Assembly: GCA_937870675.1 (NCBI GenBank)
Contig: CALMZN010000018.1
Location: 1 to 43,869 of the forward strand
Reading direction: 5' to 3'
From: an uncultured bacterium
Lineage (GTDB): Bacteria; Patescibacteriota; Patescibacteriia; UBA1558; GWA2-36-10
Length of the DNA stretch: 43,869 nt
The notes below the pieces were generated by a model. The model saw nothing but the letters and a program-made list of their open reading frames with translations. It was not told the DNA's origin and made no database searches. The position numbers were made by a program, and so were the translations under genes. Shown piece after piece: positions 18,662-27,210 of the stretch (position 1 is the stretch's first letter; each line of letters begins with the position of its first letter).

Positions 18662-19018
18662 CTACGTTAAAAGTTGGTTTGACAATTGGTCAAAGATGTA
18701 TTGAGCGGCGGCGTATGAAGCGAAAATAATGGCCAAGCCAACAACAGCGGCGCCCATGATTTTCTTGGCGGCCTCAATCTGCTCACTATTACCCTGAGAA
18801 GTGAACCATTTGAATCCACCATAAAGGAATAACAAGACGGCAATCGCGCCTAAGAAGGTCAAAATAATGTTCGTAATATTTGCAACAACCTCGAATATAT
18901 CTTTACTGGTTTCTGGAGCTGTGGATAGATTCTGTAAACTATTTCGGCCAAATGGATCATCTTGAGCCATAGCCATACCTGGCGCTAAAAGCATTAGGGA
19001 AACTAATAATTTTTTCAT
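18662..19018 (-). CDS. TrbC/VirB2-like pilin 3 (probable major pilin)
   Basis: MKKLLVSL..AMA signal after a strong SD AAAGGGGGTGA; GGFKWFTSQGN..AKK..AAVVGLAII. Confidence 0.88.
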   Translation of the reverse strand: MKKLLVSLMLLAPGMAMAQDDPFGRNSLQNLSTAPETSKDIFEVVANITNIILTFLGAIAVLLFLYGGFKWFTSQGNSEQIEAAKKIMGAAVVGLAIIFASYAAAQYIFDQLSNQLLT

Positions 19019-19128
19019 TTCTTCACCCCCTTTCAATTTTAAGATTTTAATAATTAATAACAAGGTACTTTTTACTAATAATATTATAGTCCAAAAACCA
19101 CAAAACATCAAGAACCGAGAAATTATGT

Positions 19129-19518
19129 TTATTTTAAAAATTCGGTAAAAACATAATTCAATATTACATAGCTAAAGAAAATCATAGCTAGGCCAAATAT
19201 CGCCCAGACCAATGTCTCTCTGCCTTTCTTTACTTTTTCGGGATTGCCTTGGGAAGTGAGCCAGGTAAAACCACCCAAAACCAGATACAATAAAGCCACA
19301 GCCCCAACTATGCCTAAGATGGCTTTGATGACATTGTTGATAAGTAAGGGGACGGTATCAACTGATAGGGGGTTGTCTAGGGAAATTCTATCATCTGTTG
19401 CTGCCCAAGCCGACAAGGGAAGCGTGGCTAGCCAAAATAAATTTATTATTTTTTTTACCCCGTTAAATAAATTTTTTCGGGGCTTACCAACATTATTCAT
19501 ATTTTTTATATTTTTCAT
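19129..19518 (-). CDS. TrbC/VirB2-like pilin 2; the N-terminus is encoded inside cassette 3
   Basis: LDNPL, GGFTWLTSQGN..KKGRETLVWAIFGL; start uncertain because the frame crosses the IR as LFNGVKK. Confidence 0.8.
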   Translation of the reverse strand: MKNIKNMNNVGKPRKNLFNGVKKIINLFWLATLPLSAWAATDDRISLDNPLSVDTVPLLINNVIKAILGIVGAVALLYLVLGGFTWLTSQGNPEKVKKGRETLVWAIFGLAMIFFSYVILNYVFTEFLK

Positions 19519-19589
19519 TGGTGTCTAATTTATATAGTCATGCAATAAATTTAAAATTTAAACTATGTTTAAATTTTATTTAACGGGGT
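19457..19589. mobile_element. IR-bounded cassette 3 (133 bp)
   Basis: Perfect 15-bp IR accccgttaaataaa (19457-19471) / tttatttaacggggt (19575-19589). Confidence 0.7.
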
Positions 19590-19608
19590 GAATATATTTA
19601 TGATTGTC

Positions 19609-19649
19609 ATTGCGAGTTCCGTCGCGTCAGACGCGACGGAACTCGCAAT
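19609..19649. repeat. 41-bp palindrome (REP-like element or terminator)
   Basis: attgcgagttccgtcgcgtc-a-gacgcgacggaactcgcaat; the 21-bp core is identical to 25419-25439. Confidence 0.85.
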
Positions 19650-19663
19650 CACAGCTTTATTTT

Positions 19664-20341
19664 TTATATTCCTGGTATCACTGGTAAATCATCTAAGGGA
19701 TTCATCATGACACAAATATAGTGTTCATCGCCGGGGCACAAATTCTTCTCATAATATTCACTTATTGCTGGCAACAAAGACAGATCTAATACATTATAAC
19801 ACTTCCAGCTCTCAAAATTAGGTAACCCTTCTATGGGATTCATTTCCGCCTTGACCTCACACTTGGTGACACACTCCTCGTGCCAACAAACATAGGGATT
19901 GATGGCCGTACTACCCGCAATCACGTTGCAAGGTGTTTCATCTGACTTGCCATCGCATTGGTCCGCCACAGCGCCAATCTGATAGTCACTCTTTACATCT
20001 AAAATATCATTCACGAAAAAATTTAATAACAAATAACTAGTAAAAGCAATGAACAGAGCAATGACTGTGTTGGTCATGGTCTGTTGGCCTTTGCGCACTT
20101 TTTCTTGGTTACCTTGTGATGTCATCCACTGGAAACCGCCAATTACAAAGTACAACAAGGCCACCGCCCCCATAGCGCCGAGCAATAACTTGGTTAATAA
20201 AATAAAACCAGTGGCCACGTCAACTAATTGACAATCTCCATCAGTAATACAATTCAAAGAATCCAAAAATCCTGACTCAGCCGCAAAAGCTACTAGTGGC
20301 AAAGCAAAAATTGTTAAAATTATTATTTTAAAATATTTCAT
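19664..20341 (-). CDS. TrbC/VirB2-like pilin 1 with Cys-rich C-terminal domain
   Basis: Signal peptide, CITDGDC, GGFQWMTSQGN..KGQQTMTNTVIALFI, Cys-rich tail. Confidence 0.82.
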   Translation of the reverse strand: MKYFKIIILTIFALPLVAFAAESGFLDSLNCITDGDCQLVDVATGFILLTKLLLGAMGAVALLYFVIGGFQWMTSQGNQEKVRKGQQTMTNTVIALFIAFTSYLLLNFFVNDILDVKSDYQIGAVADQCDGKSDETPCNVIAGSTAINPYVCWHEECVTKCEVKAEMNPIEGLPNFESWKCYNVLDLSLLPAISEYYEKNLCPGDEHYICVMMNPLDDLPVIPGI

Positions 20342-21702
20342 TGGCTGGGCTGATAAGTTTGATTTATTCTATCAATAAATAATTTCAAATCTGACTGGTT
20401 GTTGATGTCAATTTTGTTGTCAGCCAAACCATTGATAAAATCGGCCATATAGCTTTCGGCTTTGGGGTAATCATAACCAGTGTACCAGTTGTCGGCGGTC
20501 AAAACCTGATTGGCAAAAGGAGCAATGTCGGGATTATTCTTTTGCTCAATGATCAATGAACGCAAAGCAGTTGGTTTTTTGTTTTGATCCAAATATTTTT
20601 TGACATTTTGGGCGCTGGCTGTGTTTTGGATAAAGTTCCAAGCTACGCCTTGATTCTTGGATTTTTTGGCGACCACATTGACCCAGTAGTCGGCATAATA
20701 CTTTGTGCCTTGTGATCCTTCGGTTTGTGGAAAATTGGTAATGCCCCATTCAAATGGCACTCCGGCTTTACGCAAAGCGTCGGCGTGATAGCTATAACCA
20801 AAGAAATAGGCCAGTTTGCCAGAGCTAAACATATCAAAAGCATTGGGCAAACTCTTGCTCCAAGAATATGAAGCCAAGCCCGGTCGAGCAAAGCTAATAT
20901 AAAAATTTATAGCTTCTTGAAATCTAGCGGCTGATTGCTCTTCACCAACTGGATTAAACTTTGTGCCTTTTAGATTAACTTGGGTTTGGAGCATCAAGCT
21001 AGAAACTATATCAAAAAATCTTGGTATGTTGTCGGCCGTGCCCAAGGCCACACCTGATTGAACTATTTTATTGTCAGTGGTCACTTTGGTCAGCTGACTG
21101 GTCTGATCCACCAGATCATTGAAGGTAATGATTTTTTCGGGCAAGCTAGCTTGGTCAAGTAAGTCCTCGTTATAAAAAGTGACTAGCGTGTCTAGCGAAT
21201 AAGGCAAAGCATATATTTGATTGTTTTTGACCACATTGTTGTACACCACATCAACATACTGGTTCTTAACTTCGTTGGCGCTAAGCCCTTTTACTGTCTG
21301 CAAAGTGACGACTGTTTCTTTTTTTATGGTGCCTTTTATTTCCTGCACTGGAATTTGGACTGTGCTGGGCATGGGCACAATGCGATTTTGGTATTTATTG
21401 AGCCAGCTGGCTGGAATAGCAAAAACATCCGGCCCCCGATCATCAGCCCAGGCCTCTAATAATTTTCTTTCATATTCTTCATAACGAAGCTGTTTGTAGG
21501 TGACTTTCACGGTAGGGTGGCTAGCTTGGTAGTCCTGTATCAAGCTAGCTACTTGTGTGGGGCTATCCCACACTCCCCAGTAGGTCAAAGCCACGGGTTG
21601 ACTGGCACTATCTGTGGAGCAACCCAAGCCCTTACAACCAAAACCAGAGGTGATGACAAACACTCCGATCAATAATAATGTAATTATTTTGTAGCCACGC
21701 AT
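20338..21702 (-). CDS. Extracellular sugar-binding lipoprotein (ABC SBP family 1)
   Basis: Lipobox GFGC, LTYWG, GPDVF, IYALPYSLDTL..YN.DL, F.SGKLA. Confidence 0.85.
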   Translation of the reverse strand: MRGYKIITLLLIGVFVITSGFGCKGLGCSTDSASQPVALTYWGVWDSPTQVASLIQDYQASHPTVKVTYKQLRYEEYERKLLEAWADDRGPDVFAIPASWLNKYQNRIVPMPSTVQIPVQEIKGTIKKETVVTLQTVKGLSANEVKNQYVDVVYNNVVKNNQIYALPYSLDTLVTFYNEDLLDQASLPEKIITFNDLVDQTSQLTKVTTDNKIVQSGVALGTADNIPRFFDIVSSLMLQTQVNLKGTKFNPVGEEQSAARFQEAINFYISFARPGLASYSWSKSLPNAFDMFSSGKLAYFFGYSYHADALRKAGVPFEWGITNFPQTEGSQGTKYYADYWVNVVAKKSKNQGVAWNFIQNTASAQNVKKYLDQNKKPTALRSLIIEQKNNPDIAPFANQVLTADNWYTGYDYPKAESYMADFINGLADNKIDINNQSDLKLFIDRINQTYQPSQ

Positions 21703-21703
21703 A

Positions 21704-22588
21704 TTAATTTACTATTTGACGTAAATATTTTTTTAATTCTTTCTTAAAGGCCGATCTTTTTAGGCCAAAATTTATAATGGCCTTCATAAATTCCAGCTTG
21801 TTGCCACAGTCATAATAATCTCCCTCATAAAGACAAGCATAGCCAACTCGCTCTTTGATGTAACGAGCAATAGCATCGGTCAGCTGGATCTCGCCACCAG
21901 CGCCGGGTTTTTGCTTGGCCAAAAAGTCAAATATCTCTGGGGTCAATATATAGCGACCAGTGACAGCCAAATTGGAAGGCGCTTTGCTGGGAGTGGGTTT
22001 TTCAATCAACTTTTTTATTTCAGCTGTGCGCTCGTCAATTTTTAGAGAGTCAATAATGCCGTATTTGTAAGTTTCTTTTTTGTTGACTTTGGTGACACCC
22101 AAAACTATGTCTTCATATTTTTCATAAACCCGCATTAGTTGTTTTATGGCTGGCACCCTGGAATCAATAATGTCATCGCCAGCAATTACCACAAATGGCT
22201 CATCACCGATCAGCTCTCGAGCAGTCAGTACAGCATGTCCCAAACCCTTTGGTGTTTTTTGTCGAACATAAATGAATTTAGCCATGTCCGAAATTTTTAG
22301 CATCTCAGCCAGCTCGGTCTTTTTTCCTTTCTGACGAAGTCGGTACTCTAGCTCAAAATTGCGGTCAAAATGATCTTCAATGGCGCGCTTATTGGCTGAA
22401 GTGACAAAAATTATTTCTTCAATACCGGATTGCACGGCCTCCTCCACGATATATTGGATAATCGGCTTGTCAACCACAGTCAGCATTTCCTTGGGTTGGA
22501 CTTTGGTGGCTGGCAAAAACCTAGTGCCAAGCCCCGCCACCGGAATTACTGCCTTCCTAATCTTTTTCACCCCGTTAGAAATTATCAT
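21704..22588 (-). CDS. galU: UTP--glucose-1-phosphate uridylyltransferase
   Basis: KAVIPVAGLGTRFLPATK..PKEML, GLGHAVL, EKP, GEIQLTDAI; start is either ATG 22588 (inside cassette 4) or GTG 22570 (at the IR end). Confidence 0.95.
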   Translation of the reverse strand: MIISNGVKKIRKAVIPVAGLGTRFLPATKVQPKEMLTVVDKPIIQYIVEEAVQSGIEEIIFVTSANKRAIEDHFDRNFELEYRLRQKGKKTELAEMLKISDMAKFIYVRQKTPKGLGHAVLTARELIGDEPFVVIAGDDIIDSRVPAIKQLMRVYEKYEDIVLGVTKVNKKETYKYGIIDSLKIDERTAEIKKLIEKPTPSKAPSNLAVTGRYILTPEIFDFLAKQKPGAGGEIQLTDAIARYIKERVGYACLYEGDYYDCGNKLEFMKAIINFGLKRSAFKKELKKYLRQIVN

Positions 22589-22652
22589 TATTATAAACCA
22601 ACACAACTACTTACTTGGCGATTATTTAATCCCCGCAAATTTATAACGGGGT
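22569..22652. mobile_element. IR-bounded cassette 4 (84 bp)
   Basis: 14/15-bp IR accccgttagaaatt (22569-22583) / aatttataacggggt (22638-22652), between the galU promoter and coding sequence. Confidence 0.65.
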
Positions 22653-22668
22653 ACATGTCTATATTATA

Positions 22669-23958
22669 CTAAAATTCCACCTCCTTGTAAATTGTTTTTA
22701 TATTTCTAGCTCGCGCGGTCAGAGCCAAGAATATAAAAAATAATAAACTCAAGTCATTTTTAAAATAAGGCACATCGGCCAAGCCATGAATCAGCCAAAT
22801 AAGCCAGAAAATTAACAAGGGCCAGGATAAATTATTTTTTTCAAAAAATAATTTTTTTATTTCCTGACCAATAAAATACAAAATAAGCAAAAAAGCCAAT
22901 AAGCCAAGGAGCCCCAGCTCCACCCAAAAATTTAAAAATATATTGTGTGGATACAAAAATATTTCTAACCAAGCTGTTTTGTGATACGGGACCAGCTTAA
23001 TTTGATAAGCATTGAACCCTGCGCCCCTAAACCAGTTGTCTTTGAGCAGGGTGTAAGTTTCTTGCCACTGGCTACTGCGTATCTCCAGTGAAGTGGCCCG
23101 CAAATCAAGAACTGGATGGAAAAGTTGTTGGCTAAGGTCAGACCTTAAGCGACTATTGAAAAATACTAATAACAAAGAAATGGTTATTAAAAAAAATAAA
23201 TATTTTTGTTTTCTAATCTTTAATTTTTTATATAATTTTACTGCGCCAAAAAAAATAAGAGCAAACAAAATGGCCAGTAAGGCCCCTTGACTGACTGCCC
23301 ACCAAGATAAAAAAATTCCCAAGATCCCGATGGCCAAATATTCCCATTTCCGCTGGCTACAAATATAATAAACCACCAAAAATCCACTGACGCCGGCCGT
23401 CAGCAAGCTCAAGGCATTGGGATAAGAAAAAATTGAAGTTAATCTTTTTACATTAGGATAATAATAGGCCGCTGGTAAATTGACGCCGGTAAAATTTTGA
23501 ATAATAGCAAAAATAGCCAGCCAGAAAATTAAAATAGCTGTTGATTTTATTATCATCTGATAATCTTTTTCGTTTTTCAAGCTAGTGACAAGCACCACAA
23601 AAAATAACAGCGGTTCCAAAAAATAAGCGCGCCAAAGACCCAAAGATTTCAGAGTTGGGTTATACAGCCAAGCTACCAAGCTAACTACTAGCCAAAGTAT
23701 TGATAAATAAAACCATTTTTTTTCTATTGTCTGCGCCAACCAAAATTCTTTTTTATACGGCTTGGCATAAATTACCCAAATAAAAAATAATATTAAAATC
23801 ATCAGCTCCAAAAATGTCGAGGGTAGAGCCAATATTTTGAAGCGCCAGAGATAACTTGGCAAAAAAATAATAATTAGTGACAGGCCCCACAAAATATTTT
23901 TTTTAGCAACATAAGCAAAAATAAACCCCGCGATTAAAATAAAAAATAAATTCAACAT
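22669..23958 (-). CDS. O-antigen ligase/Wzy_C family membrane protein
   Basis: Many TMs, R..S.F.YPN, R...W, YPHNIFLNFWVELG. Confidence 0.85.
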   Translation of the reverse strand: MLNLFFILIAGFIFAYVAKKNILWGLSLIIIFLPSYLWRFKILALPSTFLELMILILFFIWVIYAKPYKKEFWLAQTIEKKWFYLSILWLVVSLVAWLYNPTLKSLGLWRAYFLEPLLFFVVLVTSLKNEKDYQMIIKSTAILIFWLAIFAIIQNFTGVNLPAAYYYPNVKRLTSIFSYPNALSLLTAGVSGFLVVYYICSQRKWEYLAIGILGIFLSWWAVSQGALLAILFALIFFGAVKLYKKLKIRKQKYLFFLITISLLLVFFNSRLRSDLSQQLFHPVLDLRATSLEIRSSQWQETYTLLKDNWFRGAGFNAYQIKLVPYHKTAWLEIFLYPHNIFLNFWVELGLLGLLAFLLILYFIGQEIKKLFFEKNNLSWPLLIFWLIWLIHGLADVPYFKNDLSLLFFIFLALTARARNIKTIYKEVEF

Positions 23959-23959
23959 T

Positions 23960-25381
23960 TTATTTATTTAATATAATTTTTAGCTCGTCTTTTTTGATGA
24001 CCCGCAAAACAAAAAGCATTAGAAAATAAAAAGCCGAAACAGCCAGCCCCAAAAACATTACCGGCCAATCACGGAATGGCCAAAATAAAACAAAACTAAG
24101 CCCGGCGGCTAATATAGCGCGTGCCAAAACTCCTGTTTTTAAGCTAATATTAGCGCTTTTTTTAACCAAAAAATAAGCGGCTATCCAAACAAAAATTTCC
24201 GCTAGCACAGTGACAATAGCGGCCGCCCAATAGCCGTACTTGGGGATGAACAGAAAATAAGCCACCAAACCAAACACAGCTGTCAAAAAATAATACTTGA
24301 GCATTTTTTTCTGCAAACCCATGGCCACAACTAGATAGGTGAACATGGTGCCAAAAAATATGGCCACCACCGCCAAAACCAAAATATTTAGAATCGGCGC
24401 TGACTGGGCAAACTCTTGACCAGTAATCAACAGCATAATTTTTTCACTCATCAGCCAAACAACCAAAATCATCCAAATATTGATAATAGAAAAAAAATCA
24501 AAAGTATGTTGTTGGATAACTCTCAATTTTTCAAAATCTTTTTTTATCCAAGAGGCCACAAAAAGTGGTAGAATCAATCCCATAAACATGTGCGGGAAAG
24601 TCACTAAGACCTCCAATATTTTGTAAGCCGCACCATAGAGCCCGACTTTTTCGGCTGAATGATAAGCGGACAAAATCAGGGTATCGGCTTTGAAATACAC
24701 TAGGTTGAGCACTACACCCAAAGATAATGGCCAAGCAATTTTAAAAACTTTTTTCCAGTACAAAAAATCCCAAGCCATCCCCAAGCGCTGATGTTTTTTT
24801 ATAAAAATTAACAAAACAAAAAAACCAATGGCTGTGCTAAGTGTGTTCCAAAAAAGTATTTGATTTAAGGTGCCACTGTGTTGATAGATATATATGAGCG
24901 ACAATAAATAAACTACCCTAGCCATTAAATAGGCCAAACTTGCTTTGGCCATATCCAAATATTTGGCAAATACGGCTGTCAAAGTAGAAACTAAACTTTG
25001 CCAAAAAAATGCGCCCGCTAAAAAAATCACCCCAACCATAACTCTCTGATCATAAGGAAAAAATCTTATCAATAATGGCGCCAAAGCAAAAATCGCTAGC
25101 GCTGAAACAAGACGAATGGCAAAAATATTGTCGATTCTTTTCTTCTCTTCTTTTTTGTCCTGAGTAGCCGACACTTCATTCAGTAGGGTCAAATACAAGC
25201 CGAAATCACCGATAGTCATCACTGTCTGTAAAAATACAAAAATTGTGGTATAAAAACCAAATTGTGTTTGACCCAAAACACGAGTAATTATTCCGATGTT
25301 TATAACACCAACAATAACATCAAAAAACCTGATCACTATCTGCCAAATAGTATTGGTAAATATTTTATTCATTACAGACAT
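23960..25381 (-). CDS. Wzx-type polysaccharide flippase
   Basis: ITRVLGQTQFG.Y, DFGL, D..ILS, VGLYGAAYKI, IPKYGYWAAA. Confidence 0.88.
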   Translation of the reverse strand: MSVMNKIFTNTIWQIVIRFFDVIVGVINIGIITRVLGQTQFGFYTTIFVFLQTVMTIGDFGLYLTLLNEVSATQDKKEEKKRIDNIFAIRLVSALAIFALAPLLIRFFPYDQRVMVGVIFLAGAFFWQSLVSTLTAVFAKYLDMAKASLAYLMARVVYLLSLIYIYQHSGTLNQILFWNTLSTAIGFFVLLIFIKKHQRLGMAWDFLYWKKVFKIAWPLSLGVVLNLVYFKADTLILSAYHSAEKVGLYGAAYKILEVLVTFPHMFMGLILPLFVASWIKKDFEKLRVIQQHTFDFFSIINIWMILVVWLMSEKIMLLITGQEFAQSAPILNILVLAVVAIFFGTMFTYLVVAMGLQKKMLKYYFLTAVFGLVAYFLFIPKYGYWAAAIVTVLAEIFVWIAAYFLVKKSANISLKTGVLARAILAAGLSFVLFWPFRDWPVMFLGLAVSAFYFLMLFVLRVIKKDELKIILNK

Positions 25382-25414
25382 GAGTTTATTATACTAATTT
25401 GTGGTGAATAAAAC

Positions 25415-25446
25415 AAACCCGTCGCGTCAGACGCGACGGGTTTTTT
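25415..25446. terminator. Palindromic terminator downstream of recA
   Basis: aaacccgtcgcgtc-a-gacgcgacgggttt with flanking A and T tracts. Confidence 0.8.
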
Positions 25447-25454
25447 GAAAAAAT

Positions 25455-26480
25455 TTATAATTCTACTTCAGCGGACTTGTGCACCTTCCAGACCTCTTTT
25501 TTTATGCTAGCCATTAGATCAGGATTTTCTTTCAAATAGCTCTTGGCATTTTCACGACCGACTCCTAGCTTGGTTTCTCCATAAGAATAGGAATTACCAC
25601 TCTTGTTGATAATATGATATTCCAAGCCCATATCCAAGACATCGCCGGCCACAGAAATGCCTTCGTTGTACATAATATCAAAAGTACAGGCCTTGAATGG
25701 AGCGGCTACTTTGTTTTTTACCACTTTGGCTTTGACTTGGTTACCAATGATTTTCTCGCCCTGCTTGATTTGAGCTGAACGCCTGACTTCTATTCTGACC
25801 GAAGAATAAAATTTCAAAGCATTACCGCCAGTAGTGGTCTCGGGATTGCCAAAAAACACCCCAATTTTCATCCTGATCTGGTTGATAAAAATTACTAGAG
25901 TATTGCTCTTGCTGACTATGCCAGCTAGTTTGCGTAAGGCCTGGCTCATCAATCTGGCCTGCAAGCCCATGTGCTGAGCGCCCATTTCACCCTCTATTTC
26001 TGCTTTGGGCACTAGAGCGGCCACGGAGTCAACCACAATGACCCCTACGCCCCCAGATCTGACCAAGGCCTCTACTATTTCTAGAGCTTGCTCGCCAGTG
26101 TCGGGCTGGGAAATCAACAATTCGTTGACGTTCACTCCAATACGCTTAGCATAATCTGGGTCTAAAGCGTGCTCGGCATCAATAAAAGCCGCTACTATGC
26201 CAGCTTTTTGGGCTTCCGAAACAATGTGCTGAGCCAAAGTGGTCTTGCCCGAGGCCTCTGGACCATATATTTCAATAATCCTGCCCTTTGGCACACCCCC
26301 CACACCCAAAGCCAAATCTAAAGACAAACAGCCCGTGCTAATGGTGTCAACGTTCATGGCCTTGGCATCGCCCAAGCTCATAATCGCACCCTCACCAAAA
26401 CGCTCCCGTATCTGATCAATAGCCGTTTTGGTGGCCTGATCAAAGTTATTCTTCACTTTTTTCTCTTTCTCTTGCGCCAT
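25455..26480 (-). CDS. recA: Recombinase RecA
   Basis: [40 protein letters not shown] 26480 follows SD AAAGGAG. Confidence 0.98.
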   Translation of the reverse strand: MAQEKEKKVKNNFDQATKTAIDQIRERFGEGAIMSLGDAKAMNVDTISTGCLSLDLALGVGGVPKGRIIEIYGPEASGKTTLAQHIVSEAQKAGIVAAFIDAEHALDPDYAKRIGVNVNELLISQPDTGEQALEIVEALVRSGGVGVIVVDSVAALVPKAEIEGEMGAQHMGLQARLMSQALRKLAGIVSKSNTLVIFINQIRMKIGVFFGNPETTTGGNALKFYSSVRIEVRRSAQIKQGEKIIGNQVKAKVVKNKVAAPFKACTFDIMYNEGISVAGDVLDMGLEYHIINKSGNSYSYGETKLGVGRENAKSYLKENPDLMASIKKEVWKVHKSAEVEL

Positions 26481-26529
26481 ATACAAATAGCTCCTTTCTA
26501 CAAACCTGCCTGCGAAAGCTTGCTATTAA

Positions 26530-27207
26530 TTATTCTGCTAATTCCCTTAAGATTAATAATTCCAAATACTTTGTTCGACTATGCTTCTTTTTAGCACTAA
26601 TCTGTAAATTATTCAAGCCGATCGTCAAATTGACCGCTTTTTTAAATTTTCCCTCCTGATCTAGGGCTATCAATTCTCCATTGATCATAACCTGGGCTTC
26701 GCTCTTGGTCTGGCCGATTATTTCTACGCTGGTCTCTTTGGTTTTAAAATTATTACTGGGCTGAGTGATATTTAAGTATGGTGGAAAAATGATATTAACG
26801 ATTTCAAAGACCAGGTAGACCAGCAGAACCAAAACCACTCCTCCAACTACCAACCAACGCAAAGTCCTTGGCCGCAAAAATCGACTGCTTTTGATGGCCC
26901 TCTTGTTTTCTATTTTTATGTCCTTGCTGATCTTGCTATTTATATTTTTTTCTAGCTGATAATCAACTAGCAAACCATTGGCATCAATTTCATAAAAATT
27001 AGCTATTTTTTTTAGCCAAGCACGCACATAAATATCACCCGGTAAATTATCCTGCTGACCATTTTCTAAGCTGACGATATATTTAGTTGGAATATTTATT
27101 TTTTTGGCCAAAGTTTCTACGGTGATTTCTTTATTTAGCCGCAAATTTTTTAACTTGTCAGCCATGGTGTGAGTGCGCCGTAGTTCTTTGCGTTCAAAAT
27201 TTGACAT
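26530..27207 (-). CDS. RodZ-like HTH membrane protein with C-terminal Ig-like domain
   Basis: HTH with LENG..LPGDIYVR, single TM, PP.L.I..P..G.N.L.ISA; downstream of ftsK. Confidence 0.75.
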   Translation of the reverse strand: MSNFERKELRRTHTMADKLKNLRLNKEITVETLAKKINIPTKYIVSLENGQQDNLPGDIYVRAWLKKIANFYEIDANGLLVDYQLEKNINSKISKDIKIENKRAIKSSRFLRPRTLRWLVVGGVVLVLLVYLVFEIVNIIFPPYLNITQPSNNFKTKETSVEIIGQTKSEAQVMINGELIALDQEGKFKKAVNLTIGLNNLQISAKKKHSRTKYLELLILRELAE

Positions 27208-27210
27208 GGA

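Noticed and set aside
19021..19035. AAAGGGGGTGAA as another cassette end
   Set aside because: No partner arm, and it sits at normal SD spacing before the pilin 3 ATG, so a Shine-Dalgarno site is the simpler explanation.
18193..20341. Conjugative element or T4SS island implied by VirB2-like pilins
   Set aside because: No VirB4, VirD4, relaxase or integrase in the window; such pilin arrays are common chromosomal features of CPR.
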